DNA from: Vulcanimicrobiota bacterium
GTDB lineage: Bacteria > Vulcanimicrobiota > Vulcanimicrobiia > Vulcanimicrobiales > Vulcanimicrobiaceae
Reading direction: 5' to 3'
Length of the DNA: 64,000 nucleotides
NCBI GenBank assembly: GCA_963733295.1
Contig: CAVTCS010000003.1
Coordinates: forward strand, 2,080,001 to 2,144,000
The notes below the pieces were generated by a model, which worked only from the letters and a program-made list of their open reading frames with translations, did no database searches and was not told where the DNA came from. The translations under genes and the position numbers were made by a program. This document shows positions 45,500 to 55,388 of this stretch, one piece after another. How positions within the stretch are numbered: position 1 is the first letter of the stretch; each line of letters opens with the position of its first letter.

Positions 45500-46474
45500 C
45501 TAGCTTGCCGTGTCGCGAACAACGCAGCGAAAGCCGAGGTGACACGTCGACGTGTCGATCGGTTGGGCCATCCGAGCGGCCGGCCTATAGCGTCTGCAAT
45601 AGTTCGGCGCACACAGGTACGAGCCGCCTTTCATCACTTTGCGCGGTATGCGGATCGCCTCGCGCAGATCGTAACTCCCTTCAACGGCTCCGCCTCGCGG
45701 GTTGTCGAGTCCGCAACACGCCTTCTCGATCTTGCCGTGCTCTTGATACCAGTCGGTCGTCCACTCCCAAACGTTACCTGCCATTTCGTGCAGGCCATAG
45801 CCGTTTGCCGGAAACGAGCCGACGGGGGCGGTCCACTCAAAACCATCCGAGAGGAGGTTCTGCCAGGGAAATTCGCCTTGCCAAGTGTTGGCCATCTGCG
45901 TTCCGCCCGGCGCGAACTCGTCGCCCCAAGCGAACTCAACGTTCTCGAGTCCACCACGAGCGGCGAACTCCCACTCGGCTTCGGTCGGCAGATCCTTACC
46001 CGCCCAGCTCGCATAAGCACTTGCATCTGCGAACGCGACGTGCACGACCGGATGATCGTCGAGGCCTTCGATCGAACTCCCGGGACCCTGCGGATGACGC
46101 CAATCCGCGCCGGGTACGTACGTCCACCAATTGAGGTGATTTCGGAGATCGACGGGGCCTGTCGCTTTGCGAAACACGACTGAGGCCGGCGCGAGCAACT
46201 CCGGGATGGCACCGGGATATTCTTTCGGGTCTGCGGGGCGTTCGGCGGAGGTAACGTGGCCCGTGGCACGGACGAACTTCGCGAAATCGCGATTCGTAAC
46301 GGCGTAGCGATCGATCCAAAATCCGTCGAGCGTGACGCGATGAGCCGGCGCTTCTTCGGGATAGTGGTGATCCGATCCCATGAGGAACGCACCTCCGGGA
46401 ATGCGCACCATATCTTCTCCCGGGGCGTGTGGTTCGCGAACGGACGGTGCTTTCGATTCGGGCTGGGTTCGCAT
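45500..46474 (-). CDS. Formylglycine-generating enzyme (sulfatase maturase)
   Basis: Motifs FLMGS, LPTEAEWEFAARGG, NGYGLHEMAGNVWEW, KGGSYLCAPNYCRRYRPAAR and HLGFRC. Confidence 0.95.
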   Translation of the reverse strand: MRTQPESKAPSVREPHAPGEDMVRIPGGAFLMGSDHHYPEEAPAHRVTLDGFWIDRYAVTNRDFAKFVRATGHVTSAERPADPKEYPGAIPELLAPASVVFRKATGPVDLRNHLNWWTYVPGADWRHPQGPGSSIEGLDDHPVVHVAFADASAYASWAGKDLPTEAEWEFAARGGLENVEFAWGDEFAPGGTQMANTWQGEFPWQNLLSDGFEWTAPVGSFPANGYGLHEMAGNVWEWTTDWYQEHGKIEKACCGLDNPRGGAVEGSYDLREAIRIPRKVMKGGSYLCAPNYCRRYRPAARMAQPIDTSTCHLGFRCVVRDTAS

Positions 46475-46479
46475 CGGTG

Positions 46480-47754
46480 TTAGTCTCCTTGGTTACCGCG
46501 CGGTTCGTTTGCTCTTACAGGGCTTGGAGAAGTGTCGAACACCACCTGGTCCCATTGCCAGAGTTGCTCGAAAAAGGCACGCGCGAGACTGCGATCGTCC
46601 GGCTCGGAGCAGATCTGAGCGAGGCTGCGCTTCCCATCCACTTTGGCGAGCAGCCGTTCCTGCCGCGCGTCGATGGGTAGATACAAGTCGGTATAGGTAT
46701 GATTGGGGTTGATCAGTACCGCCGCCGCTCCCTGCGGTACGCGTTCCCGCACCGCGAGCGTATCTGGCAAACGAATAGGCGTATACTCGAGCCAGCCGTC
46801 GCCGTTGAAATCGACCTGCGCGCTACGCGCGGCTCCGTTCTTCCGATAGGCGATGCAGCTGTGGCGCACCATTGTTCCACGAAACAGTTCGATGGCGGCA
46901 TATTGCGCCCCGGGCGTGAGTTGAGCGAGCCTCGTTTGGTGGGGCGTCGACGCTAACGCACCACACCACGGCAGGTAAGGCGCTTGACGAACCCAGCGTC
47001 CGAACGCGAGATCGCCTTCGGCGAGGAATTCCATAAGCTGTGGTACCGTGTACGAGCGATCTTGTGGATGAAGGAGCGCGTCGGCGAGACCGGCCGTCGT
47101 CGCGAAGTCGGGTGAGTTGCGCAGCAACGGTGCAAGCGGATGATCCGGTGGTAATGCCTTGAGGCTGGCGGCGAGATCGCCGATGTCGGCAGCCGTCCGC
47201 CCGAGACCGAGGCGCCGGCAGTAGTCTTGAAACATGTAGATTCCGGCGCGGCCGTAGGGCGCGTAGACCATGACGTTGAGAGCGCCGTTTGGCGCGAGAA
47301 CTTCGCGCAGCGCACGCAGACCCACATCGGGATCGGCCAGGTGATGGAGCACGCCGGTACAGACCACGTGCTCGAAAGCCTCTCGGAGTTCGGTAACGCG
47401 CTCGACTTCGAGCTGCCGCACCTCTAAGTTGTCGAGCGCGTGCTTGCGCTTCAACTCGCGCGTGAACGCGATGCTTTTCGCGCTGACGTCGATGCCGACG
47501 ACCCGAGCGTCCGGCCAACGCAGCGCGTAGTGAGCCGCCTGAACGGTGCCGCAGCCGGCGACCAATATGCTGCGATCTTCGCGGTAATGTTCGGCCGGCC
47601 AGAAGAGATGCGATTCGGCACGCCGGCGCCCGACGTCCCAAGTCCGGCGATAAGCCTCGAGGTCATCCACCGGCGGCGGATACGGATGACTTTCGTAAAA
47701 GGCGCTCACCTGCGCGGCGATTGTGTCGCTCGGGCTAGTTTCGTCGTCGTTCAT
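46480..47754 (-). CDS. Class I SAM methyltransferase with C-terminal extension
   Basis: Motifs FYESHPYP, ILVAGCGT, GIDVS, CTGVLHHL and DALLHPQD. Confidence 0.88.
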   Translation of the reverse strand: MNDDETSPSDTIAAQVSAFYESHPYPPPVDDLEAYRRTWDVGRRRAESHLFWPAEHYREDRSILVAGCGTVQAAHYALRWPDARVVGIDVSAKSIAFTRELKRKHALDNLEVRQLEVERVTELREAFEHVVCTGVLHHLADPDVGLRALREVLAPNGALNVMVYAPYGRAGIYMFQDYCRRLGLGRTAADIGDLAASLKALPPDHPLAPLLRNSPDFATTAGLADALLHPQDRSYTVPQLMEFLAEGDLAFGRWVRQAPYLPWCGALASTPHQTRLAQLTPGAQYAAIELFRGTMVRHSCIAYRKNGAARSAQVDFNGDGWLEYTPIRLPDTLAVRERVPQGAAAVLINPNHTYTDLYLPIDARQERLLAKVDGKRSLAQICSEPDDRSLARAFFEQLWQWDQVVFDTSPSPVRANEPRGNQGD

Positions 47755-47881
47755 GACGTACTAGTGCCTCTCCATACCGGGTTAGTTCGGCCTAAAACGG
47801 CAAGGCTCTGCTGGTTTGGCCCAAAGAGAAGGGACGCACGCTGCGCGCACGCCCCCTCTCGCCGTGTCCGCAATACGCGGC

Positions 47882-49396
47882 TTAGCCGTGGGGTGTTTTC
47901 ACTTGCTCCATCACCGAGTCCAGATTGAACGACGCGGGTTTCTGTCGCGGTGGGAACTTGATGAAGTCCTGGATCTGCTGCGCCACCACTGCCTGCATTT
48001 CGTACAATTGGGGCACGTGATCGACCATCCAGTCGAAGTAGGTGTTCGAGTTGAAGTCGGCTCGCTCGAACGGATCGCGTCGCAAGCTGACGATATGCGG
48101 CAGCCGAAGCTTGATAAAAGGCTCGGCCCACTGCTGCATAGTATTCGCGCGCTGCACCGACAGGTTGAACTTATAGTCGCCGACACGCACCGCGATGACA
48201 TCGCCGTCGTCGCTAAAGTATATGATCGCGTTGCGTGGACTCTCTTTGACCTGGCCCGAGAAGTACGGGATCATATTGTAGCCGTCGAGATGCACCTTGA
48301 ACTTCTTGCCACCCACCGTCGCGCCATCGAGCAGCTGCTTCGTCACGTCCGGGTTACCCGCCGCGGCCAATAACGTTGGGAACGCGTCGATGTGCGAGAC
48401 GATGCCGTTGAAGACCGACCCTGGCTTGATGGTTCCGGGCCAGCGGATGAAGCACGGCACGCGCCAACCGCCTTCCCAATTGGAGTCTTTCTGTCCGCGA
48501 AATGGCGTGTTGGCTCCGTCGGGCCAGGTGTCGTTCTCCGGACCGTTGTCAGTTGAGTACATGACAATGGTGTTGTCGGCAATTCCTAGCTCATCGAGCT
48601 TGTTCAGCATCATGCCGATCTGCTCGTCGTGCACGACCATTCGATCGCTATAAGGATCTTGGCCGCTCTTGCCGAGATTTTTTGCGGCGACGTGGGTCCG
48701 GAAGTGCATGGCGGTGGCGTTGTACCACAGGAAAAACGGCTGATCTGCCTTGGCCTGCGTCTCCATCCACGCAAGAGCGGCTGACGTGATCTCTTCGTCG
48801 ATGGTTTCCATGCGCTTTTTGGTGAGGGGGCCCGTATCGACGATCGTCTGTTTGCCGACTTTGCCGAACCGCGGATCGACGGTCGCGTCATCCTTGTCGG
48901 TCGCCTTGCAATGCAAGACGCCGCGCGGCCCGAACATGGCCTTGAACTTCGGGTCCTTGGGATAGTCAGGTAGTTCCGGTTCTTCTTCGGCGTTGAGGTG
49001 ATAGAGGTTTCCGAAGAACTCATCGAAGCCGTGCACGGTCGGCAAAAACTCGTTGCGGTCGCCCAGGTGGTTCTTGCCGAACTGGCCCGTGGCATAGCCC
49101 TGCGGCTTCAGCAGTTCGGCGATGGTCGGATCTTCGGCTTGCAGGCCGACGGTGGCGCCGGGCATTCCGACCTTCGTGAGCCCGGTGCGAATCGGGTTCT
49201 GGCCGGCGATGAAGCAGGCGCGCCCGGCGGTGCAGCTCTGTTGCGAATAGTAGTCGGTGAAGAGCCCACCCTCGTTCGCCACGCGGTCGATGTTCGGCGT
49301 CCGGTACCCCATCATGCCGTTGCTGAAGCGGCTGATATTCCAGATGCCGATGTCGTCGCCCCAGAGGATGAGGATATTGGGTTTCTTGGCAGCCAT
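47882..49396 (-). CDS. Arylsulfatase (CxAxR type, no signal peptide)
   Basis: Motifs PNILILWGDD, SCTAGR, GKNHLG, STDNG and WEGGWRVP. Confidence 0.93.
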   Translation of the reverse strand: MAAKKPNILILWGDDIGIWNISRFSNGMMGYRTPNIDRVANEGGLFTDYYSQQSCTAGRACFIAGQNPIRTGLTKVGMPGATVGLQAEDPTIAELLKPQGYATGQFGKNHLGDRNEFLPTVHGFDEFFGNLYHLNAEEEPELPDYPKDPKFKAMFGPRGVLHCKATDKDDATVDPRFGKVGKQTIVDTGPLTKKRMETIDEEITSAALAWMETQAKADQPFFLWYNATAMHFRTHVAAKNLGKSGQDPYSDRMVVHDEQIGMMLNKLDELGIADNTIVMYSTDNGPENDTWPDGANTPFRGQKDSNWEGGWRVPCFIRWPGTIKPGSVFNGIVSHIDAFPTLLAAAGNPDVTKQLLDGATVGGKKFKVHLDGYNMIPYFSGQVKESPRNAIIYFSDDGDVIAVRVGDYKFNLSVQRANTMQQWAEPFIKLRLPHIVSLRRDPFERADFNSNTYFDWMVDHVPQLYEMQAVVAQQIQDFIKFPPRQKPASFNLDSVMEQVKTPHG

Positions 49397-49663
49397 TTAG
49401 GTTGTTTCTCCTCTTTAATGAAGTTAATCGGATCGTTGAAGTCCGTCGGATTGTTCGCGCAAAGTCCGGAGCATCTGGGACGCTCTTCGCCACGAGCGTC
49501 ATCTCGAGATGAAGGGCCAGTGGGCGTCAGGCCAAGGGTAGCAGATGGCAGCTTCCCCTTCTATCCCAAATGCGCACTTTCAATCGATCGCAGATGCAGA
49601 GTCTGCTGCGTTCAGAATCTTCCCAGATTATGAGAAAGCGCTGGCCACGAGGTCGCTTGACCG

Positions 49664-52015
49664 CTATTGGCGCGCCATTGCGACCCGCAGGCGATCCTCC
49701 GCAGTAATGTAGCGATCCGCATCCGACTTGCCTGCGTCGAGCTGGACGCCGAGCACCTTGCCGTTAAAGGCAGTATGTCCGGCCGTCAGCTCGCTGCTGA
49801 CGGGTGTCCCGGTGTCGATCCCCACATCGCACGTCTCATCCGCTGAAAATAACATCGGAACGGTCATGTCGACGCGGCCTTTGCCTACCTCTTTGCCGTC
49901 GATGAAAAGCTTGACGTTTCCACCTTTGCCGAGCCCCCCGCCATCGTATTCGAACTCCATGCGGACCTGATGCCTTCCGGGTGAAATCGCTTCGTCGCTC
50001 CGCGCGAACCACGACTTCCAACCGAAAGAGTTGTAGCAATATGCGAGTTTGCCGTCCTTCGCATACAAGCTCCAGCCGCCGAAGTGACCGCCCTGCGCGA
50101 TGATGACACCTTCCGCACCGCCTTTCGGCGCGACGATCTCGGCAGTGACCGAGTGAGATTTGTTCTTCAAAACCACGATCGAGTTTTCGCTCAGGCGCCC
50201 CATCGAGCCGAAGAGCAATTGCCGGTCCCCCTTGATGAGCTGTGGCCGGCCCGCGAGGTCCGCATTGAACCGCTCGACGCGCCGATCGTCGAGCGGCAGA
50301 ACGTTGTATTTGGCCGCCTCGATCAGAAAATATCGCTGCAACTCGTGAAGCTTCTGCGGATTCTCCTTAGCGACGTTGTGCGCTTGCGTCCAATCCTCTG
50401 GAGCGTAAAGCTCCCACACATCGTCGTCGAACGCGGGCATGGGCGCAATCACCCAGGGCGTGCTGTGACGCGTGACAGCCGTCCATCCTTTGTGATAGAT
50501 CCCGCGGTTCACGAACATCTCAAAATACTGAGTCTCGTGACGATCGGCGGCTTTCGCGTCATCGAACGAGTAGGTCATCGAGAACCCCGCAAGCGGCTGC
50601 TGCGCGATCCCGTTCACCAGGGCCGGCAACGGGAGCTTCGCCGCCTCGAGCACCGTCGGCGCCACGTCGATGACGTGGTGAAACTGCGAGCGTATCTCAC
50701 CTTTGGAACGGATACCTTTCGGCCAGTGGACGATGACACCGTTCCGAGTGCCGCCCCAATGCGATGCGACCTGCTTCGTCCATTGGAACGGCGTGTCCAT
50801 CGCATGTGCCCAACCGACCGCGTAGTGGTTGTACGCGTCGGGGCCGCCAAAGTGGTCGACGCGCTCCAAAAGGAACTCCGGCGTCTCGATGCTCGTCACA
50901 CCGTTCAGCATCAGCAGCTCGTTGAACGTGCCGTTGACGGTGCCTTCCGCAGACGCACCGTTGTCGCCGATGATGTAGTAGACGAGCGTGTTGTCGAGGA
51001 TTTGCAATTTCTCGAGTGCTTCGATCAACCGGCCGACGTGGTAGTCCGTGTGCTCGAGGAACCCGGCGTAGACTTCCATCTCGCGCGTAAGCACGGGTTT
51101 GAGTTTTGGGTCCATGTCGTCCCACGCGGGAATCTCCGTGGGTCGCTTCGTCAACTCGGCATCCTTGGGGATGACGCCGATCTGCACTTGGCGCGCGAAC
51201 GTCTGCTCGCGAACCTTGTCCCAACCTTGATCGAACTTGCCTTTGTATTTGTCGGCCCACTCCTTGGGTACGTGGTGCGGCGCGTGCGTTGCGCCGGGCG
51301 CGAAATACACGAAGAAGGGTTTGTCGGGCATGAGCGCCTTCTGCTGGCCGATCCAATCGATGGCCCGGTCCGTCATGTCGACGGTGAAGTGATACTCCGG
51401 ATCCTCCGGTGGCTCGATCGGCACCGTGTCTTGATAGATCGCCGGCGCCCACTGATTCGTCTCGCCGCCGATGAAACCGTAGAAGTGCTCGAAGCCGCTA
51501 CCGGTCGGCCATTGATCGAACGGCCCCATCGGGCTAGTCTCCCAGACCGGCACCTCGTGACACTTGCCGAACTGCGCCGTCGCATAGCCGTTGAGCCTGA
51601 GCACTTCGGGAAGCGGCGCCGCCGATTTCGGCCGAAGCGAGTTGTACCCGGGAGCCGAAGTCGCCAGTTCGGTGATGCTACCCATCCCGACCGAGTGGTG
51701 ATTGCGACCGCACAACAATGCTTGGCGGGTAGGCGAGCAGAGTGCGGTCGTATGAAAACGATTGTACTTGAGCCCCGCTTTTGCCAGTTTCTCGGCCGTG
51801 GGCGTTGCACACGGCCCTCCGAAAGCGCTCGAAGCGGCGAAGCCGACGTCGTCGAGGAGGACGATGAGCACGTTCGGTGCGCCGGCCGGCGGACGGAGCG
51901 GGACGATCGGCGGAAACTTCGTTTCGGGATCCTTGGCGTCGTACGTCGTAAGGCCCACAAAGGTTCGATCGGGAATCGGTAAGATCTCGCGACCGAGTTC
52001 GGAAGCGTCTGCCAT
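49664..52015 (-). CDS. Arylsulfatase (CxPxR type) with a C-terminal LamG-like domain
   Basis: Motifs PNVLIVLLDD, LCSPTR, GKCHE, HAPHH and GDNGAS. C-terminal GVIIAQGGHFGGWSLY. Confidence 0.94.
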   Translation of the reverse strand: MADASELGREILPIPDRTFVGLTTYDAKDPETKFPPIVPLRPPAGAPNVLIVLLDDVGFAASSAFGGPCATPTAEKLAKAGLKYNRFHTTALCSPTRQALLCGRNHHSVGMGSITELATSAPGYNSLRPKSAAPLPEVLRLNGYATAQFGKCHEVPVWETSPMGPFDQWPTGSGFEHFYGFIGGETNQWAPAIYQDTVPIEPPEDPEYHFTVDMTDRAIDWIGQQKALMPDKPFFVYFAPGATHAPHHVPKEWADKYKGKFDQGWDKVREQTFARQVQIGVIPKDAELTKRPTEIPAWDDMDPKLKPVLTREMEVYAGFLEHTDYHVGRLIEALEKLQILDNTLVYYIIGDNGASAEGTVNGTFNELLMLNGVTSIETPEFLLERVDHFGGPDAYNHYAVGWAHAMDTPFQWTKQVASHWGGTRNGVIVHWPKGIRSKGEIRSQFHHVIDVAPTVLEAAKLPLPALVNGIAQQPLAGFSMTYSFDDAKAADRHETQYFEMFVNRGIYHKGWTAVTRHSTPWVIAPMPAFDDDVWELYAPEDWTQAHNVAKENPQKLHELQRYFLIEAAKYNVLPLDDRRVERFNADLAGRPQLIKGDRQLLFGSMGRLSENSIVVLKNKSHSVTAEIVAPKGGAEGVIIAQGGHFGGWSLYAKDGKLAYCYNSFGWKSWFARSDEAISPGRHQVRMEFEYDGGGLGKGGNVKLFIDGKEVGKGRVDMTVPMLFSADETCDVGIDTGTPVSSELTAGHTAFNGKVLGVQLDAGKSDADRYITAEDRLRVAMARQ

Positions 52016-52173
52016 TTTTGGGTCTCCTTTTGAGCGTCGTTAACGTCGCGACGCGACACGGGACAGTGCGGCCAGCGTTTTTCGCTGGCTACTAAAAGGG
52101 CCCCCGCCGTGCGTCGCGGTGGGACGTTTTTGGCAATCCTTAGAAGCCCTCAACGCAAACGGAGGGACCACAC

Positions 52174-53004
52174 TTGATCGCAAGATTTACCGCCTTCTTC
52201 ACCCTGGCAGTCGTTCTTACGATTCCATTTGTCGCGTCGACGCGCGAAGCAAACGCGCAAACTCAGTCGCCGTCACTTGCCGAGGCATACGCTACGATCG
52301 CAAGCAAGCAGTTCGTCGACCTCACCCACAGCTTCTCGCCGGGCATCCCGCATTGGAAAGGGTTCCCCCAGGAAAGTGTGAGGACGCTCTACTCGTATGC
52401 CAAATCCGGATTCTTAGCACAACAGTTCTGTCACGTCGGGCAGTGGGGAACGCACGTCGATGCGCCTTCGCACTTCACGAAAGGCGGCCGCACCGTCGAT
52501 CAGATCGATCCGAAGGAAATGGTGATGCCGCTCGTCGTTCTCGACGTACACGAGAAGGTCGCGCACGATCCCGACTACGTTCTTTCGATGGACGACGTCA
52601 AGGCGTGGGAGGCCCGGCACGGCCCCATCCCGCAGCATGCCTTCGTCGCGATGCGGACCGACTGGTCGAAGCGCTGGGCGAGCGGAGACGCCGCCATGGC
52701 CAACAAGGACTCCAAGGGAATCTCACATTACCCCGGCTGGAGTCTACCGGTGCTCGTGTACCTTTATCAGACGCGGCACATCACGGCGTCGGGACACGAA
52801 ACGACCGATACCGACCCCGGTATTGCGGCTTCGAAAGACGACTATTCTCTCGAGAGCTGGATTCTTCACCACAACCACTATCAGATAGAGATGCTGACCA
52901 ATCTCGACAAAGTGCCCGAGAGCGGCGCAATCGCGATCGTCACTTTTCCAAAACCGGCGGGTGGTTCCGGCTTTCCGGCTCGCGTCATCGCCATTCTGCC
53001 GTAA
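52174..53004 (+). CDS. Secreted cyclase-family (kynurenine formamidase-like) metallohydrolase
   Basis: Motifs VDLTH, GTHVDAPSHF, YQIE and GGSGFPAR. Signal peptide and GGAGG RBS. Confidence 0.88.
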   Translation: MIARFTAFFTLAVVLTIPFVASTREANAQTQSPSLAEAYATIASKQFVDLTHSFSPGIPHWKGFPQESVRTLYSYAKSGFLAQQFCHVGQWGTHVDAPSHFTKGGRTVDQIDPKEMVMPLVVLDVHEKVAHDPDYVLSMDDVKAWEARHGPIPQHAFVAMRTDWSKRWASGDAAMANKDSKGISHYPGWSLPVLVYLYQTRHITASGHETTDTDPGIAASKDDYSLESWILHHNHYQIEMLTNLDKVPESGAIAIVTFPKPAGGSGFPARVIAILP

Positions 53005-53013
53005 CTAGTGACA

Positions 53014-53796
53014 CTAGATCACGCGGAGCAGGTAACCCACAAACACGCTGATGTTGGTTGAGTCCCCCGGGGCATTGACCATCTGCTGCAAAACGTCCGC
53101 GGTTACGCCGTAACGCAGAAACCCATTGCTTCGCCCGATTCGCGTCAGGGCGCCCCCCGAAAACGTCTCGAGTTGGTAGTTCACGGGATAGCGGTGATGA
53201 TCGATAATGACTCCGCCGCGAGATTCGTCCACGACCTTCGGGTAGTACGCGAGCCGGCCGAAGAGCGTGAAACGGCGGCGATAGTCGGGAGTTCTTTCGA
53301 GCGCGATCCCAAGGCCGATAAGATTGTAGAAGCTCGACGAGCCTCGGAACCACTGCGAGGCTTCAAGATAGTAACCCGGCCCAAGGCCTACGCCAAGCCA
53401 TTGCTGATTGTGATACTCCAAAATGTTCTGCGCACCGACGAAGTGACTCCCTGGTTGCGCGATATTCGACACGTAGCCGGCGGGATGCGGATACGCGAGT
53501 TCCGTCAAGGATTGATCGAAGATGACCGGGTGCCGATAGACTCGGAACGTCGCCTCGATATTGAGGAGCGGTTCGGGAACCGTGCTCCAACCATAGGCAA
53601 ACTCATTTGAGACAAACGAAATCGGCAAAACGTTGACGTCGAGCGTAGTCGCCATCGGCGGCCCGTCGTCAGCGACCGCGCCGGCGCCACTAACGCCGAA
53701 GATGAGAATGCAAAAGAACAGCCGCGTCAAGACTTGGAGCGTCGGGGCCCTCCTTCGCGGAGCTAAGGCACCCCAGCTAGCTGTTTGACCTTGCAC
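53014..53796 (-). CDS. Hypothetical exported/outer-membrane-like protein (start uncertain)
   Basis: Hydrophobic signal-like segment, alternating aromatic beta-strands, and C-terminal VFVGYLLRVI. Confidence 0.55.
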   Translation of the reverse strand: MQGQTASWGALAPRRRAPTLQVLTRLFFCILIFGVSGAGAVADDGPPMATTLDVNVLPISFVSNEFAYGWSTVPEPLLNIEATFRVYRHPVIFDQSLTELAYPHPAGYVSNIAQPGSHFVGAQNILEYHNQQWLGVGLGPGYYLEASQWFRGSSSFYNLIGLGIALERTPDYRRRFTLFGRLAYYPKVVDESRGGVIIDHHRYPVNYQLETFSGGALTRIGRSNGFLRYGVTADVLQQMVNAPGDSTNISVFVGYLLRVI

Positions 53797-53932
53797 TCGG
53801 CGGCCAGATTCGACATACTTCCGACCTTGACCATCCTGGACTAGCCGGGAAACCGGCGCTTCAGGCTTTCGGGTAGGGAGACGTCAATCCGGAATCTAAC
53901 GGCTCACGTCCTCACGACGTGAAAGGACGAGC
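53791..53932 (+). promoter_or_regulatory. Sigma70-like promoter and structured 5' leader of the SnoaL-like gene
   Basis: TTGCAC-N17-CATACT. Nested helices TTGAC/GTCAA, CCTGGA/TTCAGG and GCCGG-GAAA-CCGGC. A 3' hairpin pairs the AAGGAC RBS. Confidence 0.5.
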
Positions 53933-53939
53933 GAACACG

Positions 53940-54341
53940 ATGATGACGCAGACCGAAACGGAGAACATCGCACGTGTCAAGCGCGGCTTTGAAGCATTCG
54001 CTGCCGGTGACATGGCGACCCTGACCGACCTCTTCGAGCCGCACGTGCACTGGCACGCCGAGAAAACGGGAGTTCTCGAGGGAGAATACAAAGGCCGCGA
54101 CGCGCTCTTCGGTTCGTTCGCTCAGCTCGGGCAAGAAACCGGCGGAACCTTCAGCGCCAAGCCGCGCACTTTCGCAGCGGCTGGTGACGAAGTGTTCGTG
54201 AACATTGTGGCGAGCGGCAAACGAAAAGGGCGCGACTTAGAACAAGACGAGGTCCTGATCTTCACACTCAAAGACGGGCACGTCCACAAAGTTCGCTTGT
54301 TCGTGCGCGACCACGCCGGGGCCGAACGCTTCTGGTCCTGA
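53940..54341 (+). CDS. SnoaL-like / NTF2-family protein
   Basis: Motifs ENIARVKRGFEAFAAGD, GEYKGRDA, FTLKDG and RFWS. Confidence 0.88.
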   Translation: MMTQTETENIARVKRGFEAFAAGDMATLTDLFEPHVHWHAEKTGVLEGEYKGRDALFGSFAQLGQETGGTFSAKPRTFAAAGDEVFVNIVASGKRKGRDLEQDEVLIFTLKDGHVHKVRLFVRDHAGAERFWS

Positions 54342-54346
54342 GTCGG

Positions 54347-55297
54347 TTACTTTCGCGGACCTTTCGACCCAGACTTCGGAGCAGAGTTCGACGGCGGCTC
54401 GATCGCTATTGCGTCGTTGGAATAGGCGCGCAGGTACTGGAACGAGACGAATCCGTAGCCTTTATTGCCGAAGCTTGGGCCAAAGCTGTTGCGGAAGATG
54501 AAATATCCGCCGCCCGGAAACTCTGACGACTGCTTGAAGCCGACCAGATCGATCGAATGGCCGTCGAACATCGGGTTCTTCGACGGGTCGGAATTCTTGT
54601 TCGCGCTGCGTGGATAGTCTTTGAGCAACGGGATGCCGTGGACTGTTACCGTGGCGAAGTTCGTCAGCCACCAGATTCCGGTCGCCACCGGGCGTCCCGA
54701 ACGCAGCACCGAGACTACGCGACTCAACTCGGCGGGCGTCATACCCTTCGTGTCGTTCCAAACCTTAAGGATCGCGAACGGATACCGAACCGGGAACATC
54801 TTTTTGGCGGCAGCAGTCGTCGCTGCGCTAGGCGTGTCCGGGTGCGCGGGATTGTAGGTCGCCTTGTACGGCATCTCTCTCGACGTCGCGATGGCCCAAG
54901 TCCGGAAGCCCGGAATGAACTTGGTGAAAAAGCCGCCGTCGGCATCTTCGCCGGTCACCTTGTTGCCGGCCCAATTGAGATACTCTTCGGATAAATGCAG
55001 ACCGGGCGGCGTCCCTTTGGTGCCGGCTTTCTTGTATTCGATCAGGAAGGTCGTGGCGAAAACCGTGCACGTGCCGCGGTTCCCCTGATCGCGTATCGCG
55101 AGTCCGCGCTTTCTGATTTCCGGCCGCAGATCGACTTCCGGCTGGTAACCGCCAATAAACTGTTCCGCGAAGGCCTGATGCACGGGTGCGGCGGGACGGA
55201 AGTTGACCGTGACCTGCAGCTGCTGCGAGTCGGCGGAAGCGACCAGCGCTAGCGCCAACGAAAATGAAACGAGGGTCAATCCGGCTGAGCGAATCAT
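54347..55297 (-). CDS. Secreted papain-like (C1) cysteine protease
   Basis: Motifs VDLR, DQGNRGTCTVFA, LSEEYL, GHSIDLVG and RNSFGPSFGNKGYG. Confidence 0.88.
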   Translation of the reverse strand: MIRSAGLTLVSFSLALALVASADSQQLQVTVNFRPAAPVHQAFAEQFIGGYQPEVDLRPEIRKRGLAIRDQGNRGTCTVFATTFLIEYKKAGTKGTPPGLHLSEEYLNWAGNKVTGEDADGGFFTKFIPGFRTWAIATSREMPYKATYNPAHPDTPSAATTAAAKKMFPVRYPFAILKVWNDTKGMTPAELSRVVSVLRSGRPVATGIWWLTNFATVTVHGIPLLKDYPRSANKNSDPSKNPMFDGHSIDLVGFKQSSEFPGGGYFIFRNSFGPSFGNKGYGFVSFQYLRAYSNDAIAIEPPSNSAPKSGSKGPRK

Positions 55298-55388
55298 AGA
55301 CCACCCCGTGTCTCGGTGTGCCTCAATCATCGCACGCCGCGGACCCGAACCCCTCTTTTCAGCCGCTCAGCCGCGCTATCGAGGCTCG

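Noticed and set aside
49397..49663. Regulatory RNA between the two sulfatases
   Set aside because: Only scattered short hairpins were seen, with no coherent fold or known motif.
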